A stretch of DNA of 64,000 bases from an uncultured Acidobacteriota bacterium. GTDB lineage: Bacteria; Acidobacteriota; Thermoanaerobaculia; Gp7-AA8. A model generated the notes under the pieces. That model worked only from the letters and a program-made list of their open reading frames with translations, ran no database searches and had not been told where the DNA came from. This document shows positions 18,883 to 28,171 of this stretch, in pieces. Positions within the stretch are counted from its first letter, which is position 1; each line of letters begins with the position of its first letter. The stretch is taken from the NCBI GenBank assembly GCA_963741955.1, contig CAVUKB010000007.1, positions 736,001-800,000 on the forward strand, given 5' to 3'. A program made the position numbers and the translations under genes.

Positions 18883-20277
18883 TCACGTCCGCGGTTTGCT
18901 CTTGGGGTCCGGCTCCACTTCGCGCAGCGACTCCGCGATGTCATGGGGGACGTTTCGATGGACGTCTTCGATGCGGCGAAGGGTGATTCCCCCCTCGAAC
19001 TGCCACTCGTGCTTCGGGCGGTAGACGCCGATGTCGTGGATGCGCGCGCCGACGACGAACTGGAGCACGCCGCGGCGGTAGTCGAACGCGCGGCCGCTCT
19101 TCGTGTGGATCGCCGCGTCGATGCGGTACGAGCCGGCGACGAGATCGAGCGACGGGATGACGAAGCGCACTTGGCCGTCGCCGTCGATGCGCTCGGGGGT
19201 CAGACCTTCCAGTTCGGTGTTCGTCCCGTAGACGCAGGTTCCGTCGGCGTGGTAGATCCCGACGCCGAACACGAAGTCCTCCTGCGGCTCGCGGACTCGA
19301 ACGTCCATTTCGAGGGTGACCGGCGAGCCGGGACCGAGCGCGACGAGCTGCTGGCCGTCCGGACCGGTGAGTGTGACGTTCTGCAGGAGCACTTCACCCG
19401 AGCCCCAGCGCTCTTCTTCCGCTTCCTCTCCCGTCTTCGCCTTCTCTGCGGGCTGCGGCTCCGGCGCTTCCTTCTCCTCGGGGGTGACGCCGGTGCGCAT
19501 GCTGATGCCGCTCTTTCCCCTCTTGTGGCCCTCCGTGACCTGCTGGAGGTACTGATCGACCACCCGCACCGGATCGCCCAGTCCGGCCACTTCGCCGCGC
19601 TCGAGCCACACCGCGCGGTCGCAGATCGTCCGCACGAGATCGAGCTGGTGTGTCACGAACAGCATCGTCACGCCGCGGTACTTCATCTCCTGGATCTTCG
19701 CGATGCACTGCTGCGAGAACTCCTCGTCTCCGACCGAGAGGACCTCGTCGATCAGGAGAATGTCCGGATCGACGTGCACTGCCACGGCGAAGCCGAGCCG
19801 CACGTACATTCCCGACGAATACGTTTTCACCGGCTGCTCGAGGAAGTCGCCGATCCCGGAGAACTCCACGATCCGGTCGTAGCGTTTCGCGATCTCCTTC
19901 TTCGAGAGCCCGAGCATCATCGCGTTGATGAAGATGTTCTCCCGACCGCTGATCTCCGGATGGAATCCCGCACCGAGCTCGATCAGAGCCGAGATCCGCC
20001 CATCGACGACGACCTCGCCGCGAGTCGGCTTGAGGATCCCCGAGACGAGCTTGAGGAGCGTCGATTTTCCCGACCCGTTGCGCCCAACGACGCCGAATGC
20101 CTCGCCGCGATTGACCGCGAAGCTCACGTTCCGCAACGCGACGACCGACTTCTCCGGCGGCGGGATCAGCTCGCGCTTGAGGAGCGCGCTCTTGAGCGTC
20201 TGGAGCTGCGACTTCACGCCGTAGAGGCGGTAGCTCTTCGACAGATCTCGGGCGACGATCGGGTATTCGCTGCTCAA
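18883..20277 (-). CDS. wzt: Polysaccharide ABC exporter ATP-binding subunit with Wzt C-terminal domain
   Basis: GRNGSGKS, YSSGM, DEVLSVGD and RWGSGE starting the Wzt_C domain. The TTG start overlaps the wzm stop. Confidence 0.9.
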   Translation of the reverse strand: MSSEYPIVARDLSKSYRLYGVKSQLQTLKSALLKRELIPPPEKSVVALRNVSFAVNRGEAFGVVGRNGSGKSTLLKLVSGILKPTRGEVVVDGRISALIELGAGFHPEISGRENIFINAMMLGLSKKEIAKRYDRIVEFSGIGDFLEQPVKTYSSGMYVRLGFAVAVHVDPDILLIDEVLSVGDEEFSQQCIAKIQEMKYRGVTMLFVTHQLDLVRTICDRAVWLERGEVAGLGDPVRVVDQYLQQVTEGHKRGKSGISMRTGVTPEEKEAPEPQPAEKAKTGEEAEEERWGSGEVLLQNVTLTGPDGQQLVALGPGSPVTLEMDVRVREPQEDFVFGVGIYHADGTCVYGTNTELEGLTPERIDGDGQVRFVIPSLDLVAGSYRIDAAIHTKSGRAFDYRRGVLQFVVGARIHDIGVYRPKHEWQFEGGITLRRIEDVHRNVPHDIAESLREVEPDPKSKPRT

Positions 20278-21131
20278 ATCGCCTCCGCCAGCGTATCGCG
20301 CAGCCGGTCGAACACGACGAAGCCGAGGGCGAGGAACGCGAACGCCCAGATCACCATCAGGCTCATGTCGAGCCCGTTCGGCCATCGCGCGAAGAAAAAG
20401 ACGTCCTGGTAGCCGATGGCGAACGAGGTCATCGGATTGACGCGCAGGAGCGAGCGGAGGGTGGGAGAACCGATGTCGCCGAGGTAGTAGATGATCGGCG
20501 TGAGAAAGAAGGCGAGCTGCATCAGGTTCGCGACCAGATCGCGCAGATCGCGGAAGAGCACCGACGCCGACGCGACGACGAGCGAGATCCCGGCGACCAG
20601 CATCGTCTGGAGGAGCATCAGCACCGGCACCAGAAGCAGTGGCCAGCCGAACGTGATTTTCCCGAGGAACCCCGCGACTCCGAGCGCCACGAAGAGAATC
20701 GGAAGCGCCAGGAGAAAGTGAACCAGGTGCGACAGCACCACCACCAGCGGCAGCGCCTCGGCGGGAAACATCACCTTCTTGATCAGCCCCGCGTTTCCGG
20801 CGACCGCAGTCGTCGACTCGAGGATTGCTCCGGCGAAGAACGTCCAGGGAAGGATCCCGGTGAAGAGAAAGACCGAATACGGATCGACCCCGCCCGGCCT
20901 GGTGAAGAAATGTCCGAAGATCAGCGTGTAGACGCCGAGAAGGAGGAGCGGATTGGCGAGGGACCAGAAAAAGCCGAGGACCGAACCGCGGTAGCGGGCC
21001 TTCAGATCGCGCGAGGTGAGGGCGGCGATGAGCTGCCGGTGACGCCAGATGGTCTCCAGCTCTTCGACCAGGACGTTCGAGCGGGGAGAAGCGAGTGCCG
21101 GACCGGGAGCCGCCACTGGACGGTTCCTCAC
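20274..21131 (-). CDS. wzm: Polysaccharide ABC exporter permease
   Basis: RDLKARYRGSVLGFFWSLANPL, FRDL, TPIIY and NPM. Confidence 0.9.
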   Translation of the reverse strand: MRNRPVAAPGPALASPRSNVLVEELETIWRHRQLIAALTSRDLKARYRGSVLGFFWSLANPLLLLGVYTLIFGHFFTRPGGVDPYSVFLFTGILPWTFFAGAILESTTAVAGNAGLIKKVMFPAEALPLVVVLSHLVHFLLALPILFVALGVAGFLGKITFGWPLLLVPVLMLLQTMLVAGISLVVASASVLFRDLRDLVANLMQLAFFLTPIIYYLGDIGSPTLRSLLRVNPMTSFAIGYQDVFFFARWPNGLDMSLMVIWAFAFLALGFVVFDRLRDTLAEAI

Positions 21132-21736
21132 TCCGCTTCCGTGACGATCAGCATCAGGGTGGTGCTGCCGATCCGGAATTCGGCGTGGCTCTGCAGCTCG
21201 ACCGCTTTCTCGAGCTTCTCACCGTCGAAGTAGGTGCCGTTGGTCGAGTCGAGATCGCGGAGGACGACGATCCCTTCGTGGACTTCGATCGCGGCGTGGA
21301 TCCGCGATGTCTCCGGATCATTGACCTCGAGGTCTGCGCCGGCGCGGCCGATCACGATGCGGGGTTTCTCGATCCGGTAGACTTTCCCCGAATCTTCGCC
21401 GTCGAGAATGGCGACCGACAGGCGGTGCGTCTCGGGGAGCTTCAGTGCACCTAGCGTGGGTGCAGGAGCGGAGGCGGTCTCTTCCTGCTCCGGCTCGTCC
21501 TCCAGCACGGGACGACGGCGGGAAGTCACCGTACTGTCGAGAGGATCAGCCGCAGGAGTGCTCGTAGCGGCCGCGGAGACGGGGGCCGCCGGGGTCCCCG
21601 CCGGCTGCATCGCCGGATTGAACACCGCGAAGACTTCCTTGCAGCGGGCGCAGCGGATTTTCTTCGAAGCTTTTCCTTCGAAGCGCGCTTCGTCGTACTG
21701 GTACTTCGCGCGGCAGTTGGAGCACTCGATGATCAA
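21128..21736 (-). CDS. MJ0042-type zinc ribbon plus FHA domain protein
   Basis: CSNC...CARC, then FHA motifs IGR, SRIHA and DLDSTNGT. Confidence 0.88.
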   Translation of the reverse strand: MIIECSNCRAKYQYDEARFEGKASKKIRCARCKEVFAVFNPAMQPAGTPAAPVSAAATSTPAADPLDSTVTSRRRPVLEDEPEQEETASAPAPTLGALKLPETHRLSVAILDGEDSGKVYRIEKPRIVIGRAGADLEVNDPETSRIHAAIEVHEGIVVLRDLDSTNGTYFDGEKLEKAVELQSHAEFRIGSTTLMLIVTEAE

Positions 21737-21874
21737 AGGGCGATCCTCAGTGGTGGGTCCCGAGCGTCTGGAGAGTCTGTACTGTCTGAGGACGATAACA
21801 GACCGGAAAAATGAGTGTCAATGAAAGGGAATTCGAGCGGCCCGGGACCGGATTGGGAGTGGCGAAGAATATGA

Positions 21875-22840
21875 ATGCAGGGGAGAAGACGAATTCAGAA
21901 TGAGGAGAGGGGATCGGGGAGGCCGGAAGAGTCGGCGTTGTTCCGTGCTTCAGGCCGAATTCCGGATCCGGATTCCGAGCTCGAACCCCCGCGACAGGAG
22001 CCGAAGACGAACAGCGTAAACCAGCTTCCATCCCTCCAGAGACTGGAGAGCCGCCTTCGACGGCATGACGGAGGGCTCCTCGTCGCGTTCTCCGGCGGGG
22101 TCGACTCGGCGGTCCTTCTCGCCGTCGCCGCCCGGGTGCTGGGTGGGCGAGCGGTGGCGGTCACGGCCGACTCGCCATCGATGCCGCGCGAAGAGCTCCA
22201 CGCGGCGATACGCCTCGCCACCGGAATCGGTGCGAGGCACCGGATCGTCGGCACCGGAGAGATCGAGCGGGACGAATACGTCCGGAACGACCGCCTTCGC
22301 TGCTACTGGTGCAAGCACACTCTTTTCGAGCGTTGCGAAGAGATCGCGCGGGAAGAAGGAATCCGCGACATCGCGTACGGATACACGCTCGACGACGTCG
22401 GCGACTTCCGTCCCGGGCAGCGCGCCGCGAGCGAGCTCGGCGTGCACGCGCCCCTCCACGACGCGGGACTGGGAAAACGCGAGATCCGCGAAATTGCCCG
22501 GGAGCTCGGGCTCGAGGTGTGGGACAAGCCGGCCGCGCCATGCCTCTCGTCCAGGATCCCATACGGATCGGCAGTGACGGTGGAAAAGCTCGGGAAGATC
22601 GAGTCGACCGAGGCGCTTCTGCACCAGCTCGGGTTTCGGGTCTGCCGTGCACGCTATGATGGCGCGACGATGCGCATCGAGGTGGAACGAGACGAGATCG
22701 AACGGCTGGGGAGGCCGGAATTCCTCGAGCGCGTGCGGATGCACACGGAGGAAATCGGCGTCTCACGGATCGAGATCGATCCCGACGGGTTCCGCTCCGG
22801 AAAGCTGAACGTGACGCTTCCCGACGAGGTGCAGACGTGA
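21875..22840 (+). CDS. larE: ATP-dependent sacrificial sulfur transferase LarE (true start may be further downstream)
   Basis: PP-loop SGGVDS, RCYWCK, RPG, WDKPAAPCLSSRIPYG and GFRSG. Confidence 0.9.
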   Translation: MQGRRRIQNEERGSGRPEESALFRASGRIPDPDSELEPPRQEPKTNSVNQLPSLQRLESRLRRHDGGLLVAFSGGVDSAVLLAVAARVLGGRAVAVTADSPSMPREELHAAIRLATGIGARHRIVGTGEIERDEYVRNDRLRCYWCKHTLFERCEEIAREEGIRDIAYGYTLDDVGDFRPGQRAASELGVHAPLHDAGLGKREIREIARELGLEVWDKPAAPCLSSRIPYGSAVTVEKLGKIESTEALLHQLGFRVCRARYDGATMRIEVERDEIERLGRPEFLERVRMHTEEIGVSRIEIDPDGFRSGKLNVTLPDEVQT

Positions 22841-23649
22841 CCCTCCGCGAGTTGCTTGAAGGAGTCGCCGCCGGTTCGATCGCACCGGACGAGGCGGAGT
22901 CGTTCCTCGACGGGTACGGCTTCGTGGAGATCGGCTGGCAGAAACTCGACCTTCACCGCACCCGCCGGAGCTCGATCCCGGAGGTGGTCCTCGGGATCTC
23001 CAAGAGCCTCGAACAGTTGCGTGAGATCGTCTCCTGGTTCGACGGTCGCGACCTTCCCCTCCTCATCACCCGCGTCGATGCGGGGAAGGCGCTCCCTCTC
23101 TGCGATGAGTTTTCCGGGATCGCGTTCGATCCTCTCTCCGGCCTCGTCCGCCGTGGGAGGGCGGCTTCTGCGACGCCGGGCCGCGTCGCAGTCGTCTCTG
23201 CCGGATCTTCCGATGCTCCGGTGGCGGAGGAAGCGGCCGGGACGCTGGAGTTCTTCGGCGTCGACGTGGCACGCCACTTCGACTGCGGCGTGGCGGGTCT
23301 CCACCGGCTCTTCGCCGGTGGGAGAGTGATCGCGGGGAGTGACGTCCTGATCGTCGTCGCCGGGATGGAGGGGGCGCTTCCGTCGGTCGTGGCGGGGATG
23401 TTTCGCCAGCCGGTGATCGCGGTCCCGACCAGCGTCGGGTACGGAGCGAGTTTTCAGGGACTCGCCGCGCTTCTGACCATGCTCAACTCATGTGCACCCG
23501 GAATCACCGTGGTCAACATCGACAACGGATTCGGAGCGGCGGCGGCTGCGCGATCGATGCTCGAGATGGCACGACGCCGCAGCGGCGAGGCCCCGCTCCA
23601 CGAGAACGTCTCCTCTTCCCCTTCCCGTGACGACAAGGAGGTACCGTGA
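22837..23649 (+). CDS. larB: Nickel-pincer cofactor biosynthesis carboxylase LarB
   Basis: AGSSDAPVAEEA, DCGVAGLHR, VAGMEGALPSVV, PTSVGYG and VVNIDNGFGA. Confidence 0.93.
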   Translation: MTLRELLEGVAAGSIAPDEAESFLDGYGFVEIGWQKLDLHRTRRSSIPEVVLGISKSLEQLREIVSWFDGRDLPLLITRVDAGKALPLCDEFSGIAFDPLSGLVRRGRAASATPGRVAVVSAGSSDAPVAEEAAGTLEFFGVDVARHFDCGVAGLHRLFAGGRVIAGSDVLIVVAGMEGALPSVVAGMFRQPVIAVPTSVGYGASFQGLAALLTMLNSCAPGITVVNIDNGFGAAAAARSMLEMARRRSGEAPLHENVSSSPSRDDKEVP

Positions 23650-25355
23650 AGAAGTCTGCTGTGGTTCTCGCAACGATGATTCTCATCCTGGCCGTGGCCG
23701 GATGCGCCACGTACACTCCGCCGTACGTCGAGCTCCCGGGCAATGCGAACGCGCAGCTCCCGACCGTCGCGCAGGACGTGCCGCAGCGTGTGGCGCAGAT
23801 GCCGCGCACGGTGATCGACTACGACCATTCACTCCTCGACGCGAACGAGCAGGCGGTGGTCGGAAAGCTGATCGACGCCGCGAAAGTGATCGACGAGATC
23901 TACTGGCTGCAGGTCTCGGAGAAGAACCGCCAGTGGTACGAGGACCTCGCATCCGCGGCGAAGGTCTCGCCGCTGCACGCCGCCGCGCTCGACTACTTCG
24001 GCATCATGAAGGGACCGTGGGACAGGCTGAAAGCGGACGAGCCGTTCCTCCTCGAGGCCGGACCGAAGCCGCCCGGAGCGGCGTTCTATCCGCCCGACAT
24101 GACGAAGGAAGAATTCGAGAACTGGATCAAGGCCCATCCTTCCGACGAAGCAGCATTCCGCGGGCTCTTCACCGTCATCCGGCGGAAGGGAGATGGTCTG
24201 GTCGCGATTCCCTACTCCGTCTACTACCACGATCTTCTGACCGACGCCGCGAACAAGCTGCGCGAAGCGGCATCGATGACCCGGAACGCCACTCTCGCAG
24301 ACTTCCTGAACAAGCGCGCCGACGCGTTCCTCACCGACGACTACTTCGCGAGCGACGTCGCGTGGATGGACCTCGACTCGCCCATCGAAGTGGTGATCGG
24401 ACCCTACGAGGTGTACGAAGACGGCATCTTCAACTACAAGGCGTCGTTCGAGTCGTTCATCACCGCGGTCGATCCGCAGGAGAGCGCAAAGCTCACGGTG
24501 TACGCGAAGCACCTTCCCGGAATGGAGATGAACCTCCCCGAGCCGGAGCAGTACAAGAACCCCAACCGCGGGACCGATTCACCGATCCGCGTGGTCCAGG
24601 AGATCTACACTGCCGGTGACGCCCGCTCCGGCGTGATGACTTCCGCATTCAACCTTCCCAACGACGAGAAGGTGCGCGAGGCGAAGGGATCGAAGAAGGT
24701 CCTCCTCAAGAATGTGATGGAGGCGAAGTACGAGAAGAGCGGAAAGCCGATCGCGCTCCTCGTCCTCGATCCTTCGCAGACCGACCTCATCTCGTTCGAC
24801 GCGTACTTCAACCACACTCTCTTCCACGAGCTCTCGCATGGACTCGGGCCGGGAATCATCACCGGACCGGATGGGAAGAAGGTGGAAGCGCGTCTCCTCC
24901 TCAAGGAGCTCTACTCCACCATCGAAGAGTGCAAGGCCGACGTCCTCGGCGTGTGGAACATCCTCTACGCCATGGACCAGGGGCTGATCACCAGCTTCAC
25001 TCCGGACCAGCTCTACGCGACGAACGCAGGACTGATGTTCCGCAGCCTCCGCTTCGGTCTCGCCGAGGCGCACGGCCGCGGGACCGCGGTGCAGTGGAAC
25101 TGGTATCGCGAGAAGGGGGCGATCGAGCCTGCCGGAAACGGCCGCTTCCGCGTCGATACATCGAAGATGAAGGAGGCGGTGCAGTCGCTCGCGACGGAGC
25201 TCCTCACCATCGAAGCGACCGGCGACTACGCGCGGGCGAAGAGCCTCCTCGACAAGTACGGCGTCTCGACGCCGGAGATGGAAGCGACCATCGCGAGGCT
25301 GAAGGGCATTCCGGTCGACATCGCTCCGGTGTTCCCGGCGGCGGGAGAAAAGTAG
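23646..25355 (+). CDS. M49 dipeptidyl-peptidase III-like lipoprotein (HExxH type)
   Basis: Lipobox VAGC, GPYEVYED, AFNLPNDE, HELSHG and EECKAD. Confidence 0.9.
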   Translation: MKKSAVVLATMILILAVAGCATYTPPYVELPGNANAQLPTVAQDVPQRVAQMPRTVIDYDHSLLDANEQAVVGKLIDAAKVIDEIYWLQVSEKNRQWYEDLASAAKVSPLHAAALDYFGIMKGPWDRLKADEPFLLEAGPKPPGAAFYPPDMTKEEFENWIKAHPSDEAAFRGLFTVIRRKGDGLVAIPYSVYYHDLLTDAANKLREAASMTRNATLADFLNKRADAFLTDDYFASDVAWMDLDSPIEVVIGPYEVYEDGIFNYKASFESFITAVDPQESAKLTVYAKHLPGMEMNLPEPEQYKNPNRGTDSPIRVVQEIYTAGDARSGVMTSAFNLPNDEKVREAKGSKKVLLKNVMEAKYEKSGKPIALLVLDPSQTDLISFDAYFNHTLFHELSHGLGPGIITGPDGKKVEARLLLKELYSTIEECKADVLGVWNILYAMDQGLITSFTPDQLYATNAGLMFRSLRFGLAEAHGRGTAVQWNWYREKGAIEPAGNGRFRVDTSKMKEAVQSLATELLTIEATGDYARAKSLLDKYGVSTPEMEATIARLKGIPVDIAPVFPAAGEK

Positions 25356-25361
25356 GGAGGT

Positions 25362-25413
25362 ATCGAGGCATCGAGGATCGAGGATCGAGGATCTGAGATC
25401 TGAGATCTGAGAT
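25362..25413. repeat. Heptamer tandem repeat (GAGGATC/TGAGATC)
   Basis: About seven degenerate 7-mers directly after the peptidase stop. Confidence 0.75.
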
Positions 25414-25738
25414 GGAGCGTCGAGGAATCTCGAGGGGCGGCGCGGCTTCTGCCGCGCCGGGCGCAGGCGCAGAGCCTGCGCCTTTCTTTTTCTCGCGACC
25501 GATCGGGCGCGGGGGAGGAGAAACGCGGCGGACGGGACAACGTGCAGAGGTTCATGCTCCGCGATTCAGGAAAATTCGAGGGGTGGGGGTAGGGAAACGC
25601 CTCGCTCCGTCACTCCTCAGATGAGTGGCTCCTCGGAATGCGACACTTCGGGTACGACCAGTCGGCGTGATCGGTTGCTCCCCATACTGTTCTTCCTCCA
25701 AGCAGGCCGGGGACGCCACTCGTTTTCGTCTCGCCGGA

Positions 25739-26134
25739 CTATCGGGGCGACGCCACGACTGCGATCCCGCTGATCTCGATCAGGACTCCGTGCAGCGAGG
25801 CGCCGAGAGTCGTGCGCGTCGGATACGGCGGACGGAGGATCTCGCGGTAGACGGTGTCGAACCGGTCCCAGTCGCCGATATCCGAGAGGTAGACAGTGAC
25901 CGCGACGAGATCGCCGAGGGATCCACCTCCAGCCTCGAGCGTCCGCTGGATGTTTCGCAACACGCCACGGGTCTGGCTTTCGAGATCATCGCCGAGGAGC
26001 GCCCCCGAGTCGGGGTCACGGGGAACGTGACCGGAGAGGAAGAGAAGAGATCCGGCTCGGATTGCACGCGAATACGCGCCGGCGGGGCCAGGATCATCGT
26101 TGCCGAGTGTGACCGGCTGCCATCGTTCAGTCAT
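25739..26134 (-). CDS. RidA/Rid family enamine-imine deaminase
   Basis: GAYSRA, FLSGHVP, PYPTRTT and LIEI. Confidence 0.9.
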   Translation of the reverse strand: MTERWQPVTLGNDDPGPAGAYSRAIRAGSLLFLSGHVPRDPDSGALLGDDLESQTRGVLRNIQRTLEAGGGSLGDLVAVTVYLSDIGDWDRFDTVYREILRPPYPTRTTLGASLHGVLIEISGIAVVASPR

Positions 26135-27047
26135 TGTGGTCCTCTCCGATCTCGAGCCATCCTTCGCCCATCACCACCGAGCTCCCGCCGACCCGGATCC
26201 CGGTGACCTCTCCGCCGGCGAGATCCGCCGCGAGGTCGAGACGGCTGGGGCGCCCCATCTCGATGCCCTGCTCGATCTTCCACTGCAACGTTCCGTTCTC
26301 ACGACCGTCGAGAAGTGCGAGATATCCCGCGAAGACCGTTGCTGCTGCGCCGGTTGCGGGATCTTCCGCGATTCCCATCGACGGAGCGTACATCCGGACG
26401 CGGTAGTCGACGTCGCCGCCCATTTGCGTGACGAGGTAGAGATCTTCCGCCCAGCTTCCCTCGAGCCGGCGTTGCCAGGCGGCGGAGTCGACCCGGCTCT
26501 TCGCGAGCGCGGCGGGAGAGTTCAGAGCCACCACCAGAAACGGGACACCGCAGGAAACTGCGGCCGCGGGGATCGACGGGTCGATCTCGTCCGGCTGGAT
26601 CGAGAGAATCCGCGCGAGATCGTCGTTCGATGGAACGTCGCGACGGATCTCCGGCATCCGCGCCGCGCTCAGCTCCGTGTAGACGGGCCTGCCGGCGTCG
26701 TCGAATCGGATCTTCACTGGAACCGGTCCGACACCCTCTTCGAACACGATCCGGAGCTCGTCTCCGCCGGACGTCACGTCACCGATCGCGGCGAGAAGGA
26801 ACGCCGTGCCGACCGTCGGATGTCCGGCGAAAGGGAGCTCCGCGGCGGGGGTGAAGATTCGCAGCCGCCTGGTGTGCTTCGGTGAATCCGGAGGGAGAAC
26901 GAAGACCGTCTCCGAGAGGTTCAGCTCCTTCGCGATCTTCGGCATCGCGTCGATGGGGATCGACGCGGCATCCGGGAAGACTGCGAGAGGGTTGCCTCCG
27001 AAGCGGCGGTCGGTGAAAACGTCGAGGGTGTAGTAGTGCGCACGCAT
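26127..27047 (-). CDS. PhzF family isomerase/epimerase
   Basis: DVFT...[28 protein letters not shown] and [10 protein letters not shown]. Confidence 0.93.
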   Translation of the reverse strand: MRAHYYTLDVFTDRRFGGNPLAVFPDAASIPIDAMPKIAKELNLSETVFVLPPDSPKHTRRLRIFTPAAELPFAGHPTVGTAFLLAAIGDVTSGGDELRIVFEEGVGPVPVKIRFDDAGRPVYTELSAARMPEIRRDVPSNDDLARILSIQPDEIDPSIPAAAVSCGVPFLVVALNSPAALAKSRVDSAAWQRRLEGSWAEDLYLVTQMGGDVDYRVRMYAPSMGIAEDPATGAAATVFAGYLALLDGRENGTLQWKIEQGIEMGRPSRLDLAADLAGGEVTGIRVGGSSVVMGEGWLEIGEDHND

Positions 27048-27174
27048 GACAGGGAGAGCGTATCGCACAATGACCGCCTCCCGTGATGGGGGGAAAAGGC
27101 GGCCGGGTCACGTCTGAAGCTGCCTTTCGAGGCGTTTCGCGACTCGACCGCCGGTCCACCTCAGGGGACCAGGA

Positions 27175-27546
27175 TCAGACTTCCTCGCGCTTCGCACTCG
27201 CGAGTGCGCTCATGGTCGCGAAGATCGTCACGAGCACACCGGCAATGATGCTGTTTGCAAGGAGCATCGGATCGTCGAAGTAGCCGAGGACGAATGGCGC
27301 GAGGATCAGCCAGATTCCCGCCGCGATCGTCACCCATCCGAGCCAGGCGTCGCGAAACAGTCCGAACGCCGGGATGGCTGAGAAGATGGTGATCACGATT
27401 CCGACGATCGCGTTGTTGCTCGTCGCGCCGAGATGCCACTTCTGGTAGCCGAGAATGTAGGGACTGGAGAAAAGCCAGATTCCGATCAGAAGCTCGATTC
27501 CGCTGCCGATCGCGATCCGATTGCTGCGAGAGAGTGCCTGCGCCAT
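27175..27546 (-). CDS. SPW-repeat membrane protein
   Basis: Two GIWL..SPY/APF.LGY repeats; SD GAGGAGG. Confidence 0.85.
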   Translation of the reverse strand: MAQALSRSNRIAIGSGIELLIGIWLFSSPYILGYQKWHLGATSNNAIVGIVITIFSAIPAFGLFRDAWLGWVTIAAGIWLILAPFVLGYFDDPMLLANSIIAGVLVTIFATMSALASAKREEV

Positions 27547-28171
27547 GTTGCCTCCTCTTTCTCCTGCTGAAAGATGCAAGATGTGTGCAGCGGGCGCGGC
27601 ATTGGCGTGCCTGAGCCCGATTCGGCGGCGAGATCCTGTCGGGGATGCCGGCGTTCCTCGTGCGTGGTGCGAGCGTCTCGCTCGCATGGCGCCAGTTCGC
27701 ATTTCTCACACCATCTCTGCCGCGCAGACTCCTAGGAGCAATGGCCCGAACTTAAGGGGCACTGCCGGTGTTCGCAGAGCAGATGCGCGGAGTTACTGCG
27801 CATCTGCCGCAGGTGTCGTCTCGTTGCGTTCTGAAGGCGATCTGCGCGGCCACGGCGGGAGCCGTGGCGCCCCTCGGAGAGGGGATCCTTCGCTGCCCAG
27901 CGTGCTCGCGCCGACTCCCGGCTGACACGCGGATTTTGCTTAAGAAGTTCGGGCCCTCGGGCCAGGAGTGCGGATTTGCAATCCGCCGCGCAGATCATGG
28001 CGAGAAAGCGGATCGGCGCATCACCAGCGACGTGTCAGAAGCGGCAGGAACGTTCGTCAGTGCGAAGAACGGGATCCCAGGGCCGGATCCCTCCGCGCGT
28101 GATCAGGAGCGCAGGCCGTGAAAGCCTGCGCTCCTCGGTTTGATTGCTGCGTTTGTCGTATCTGACACCGG

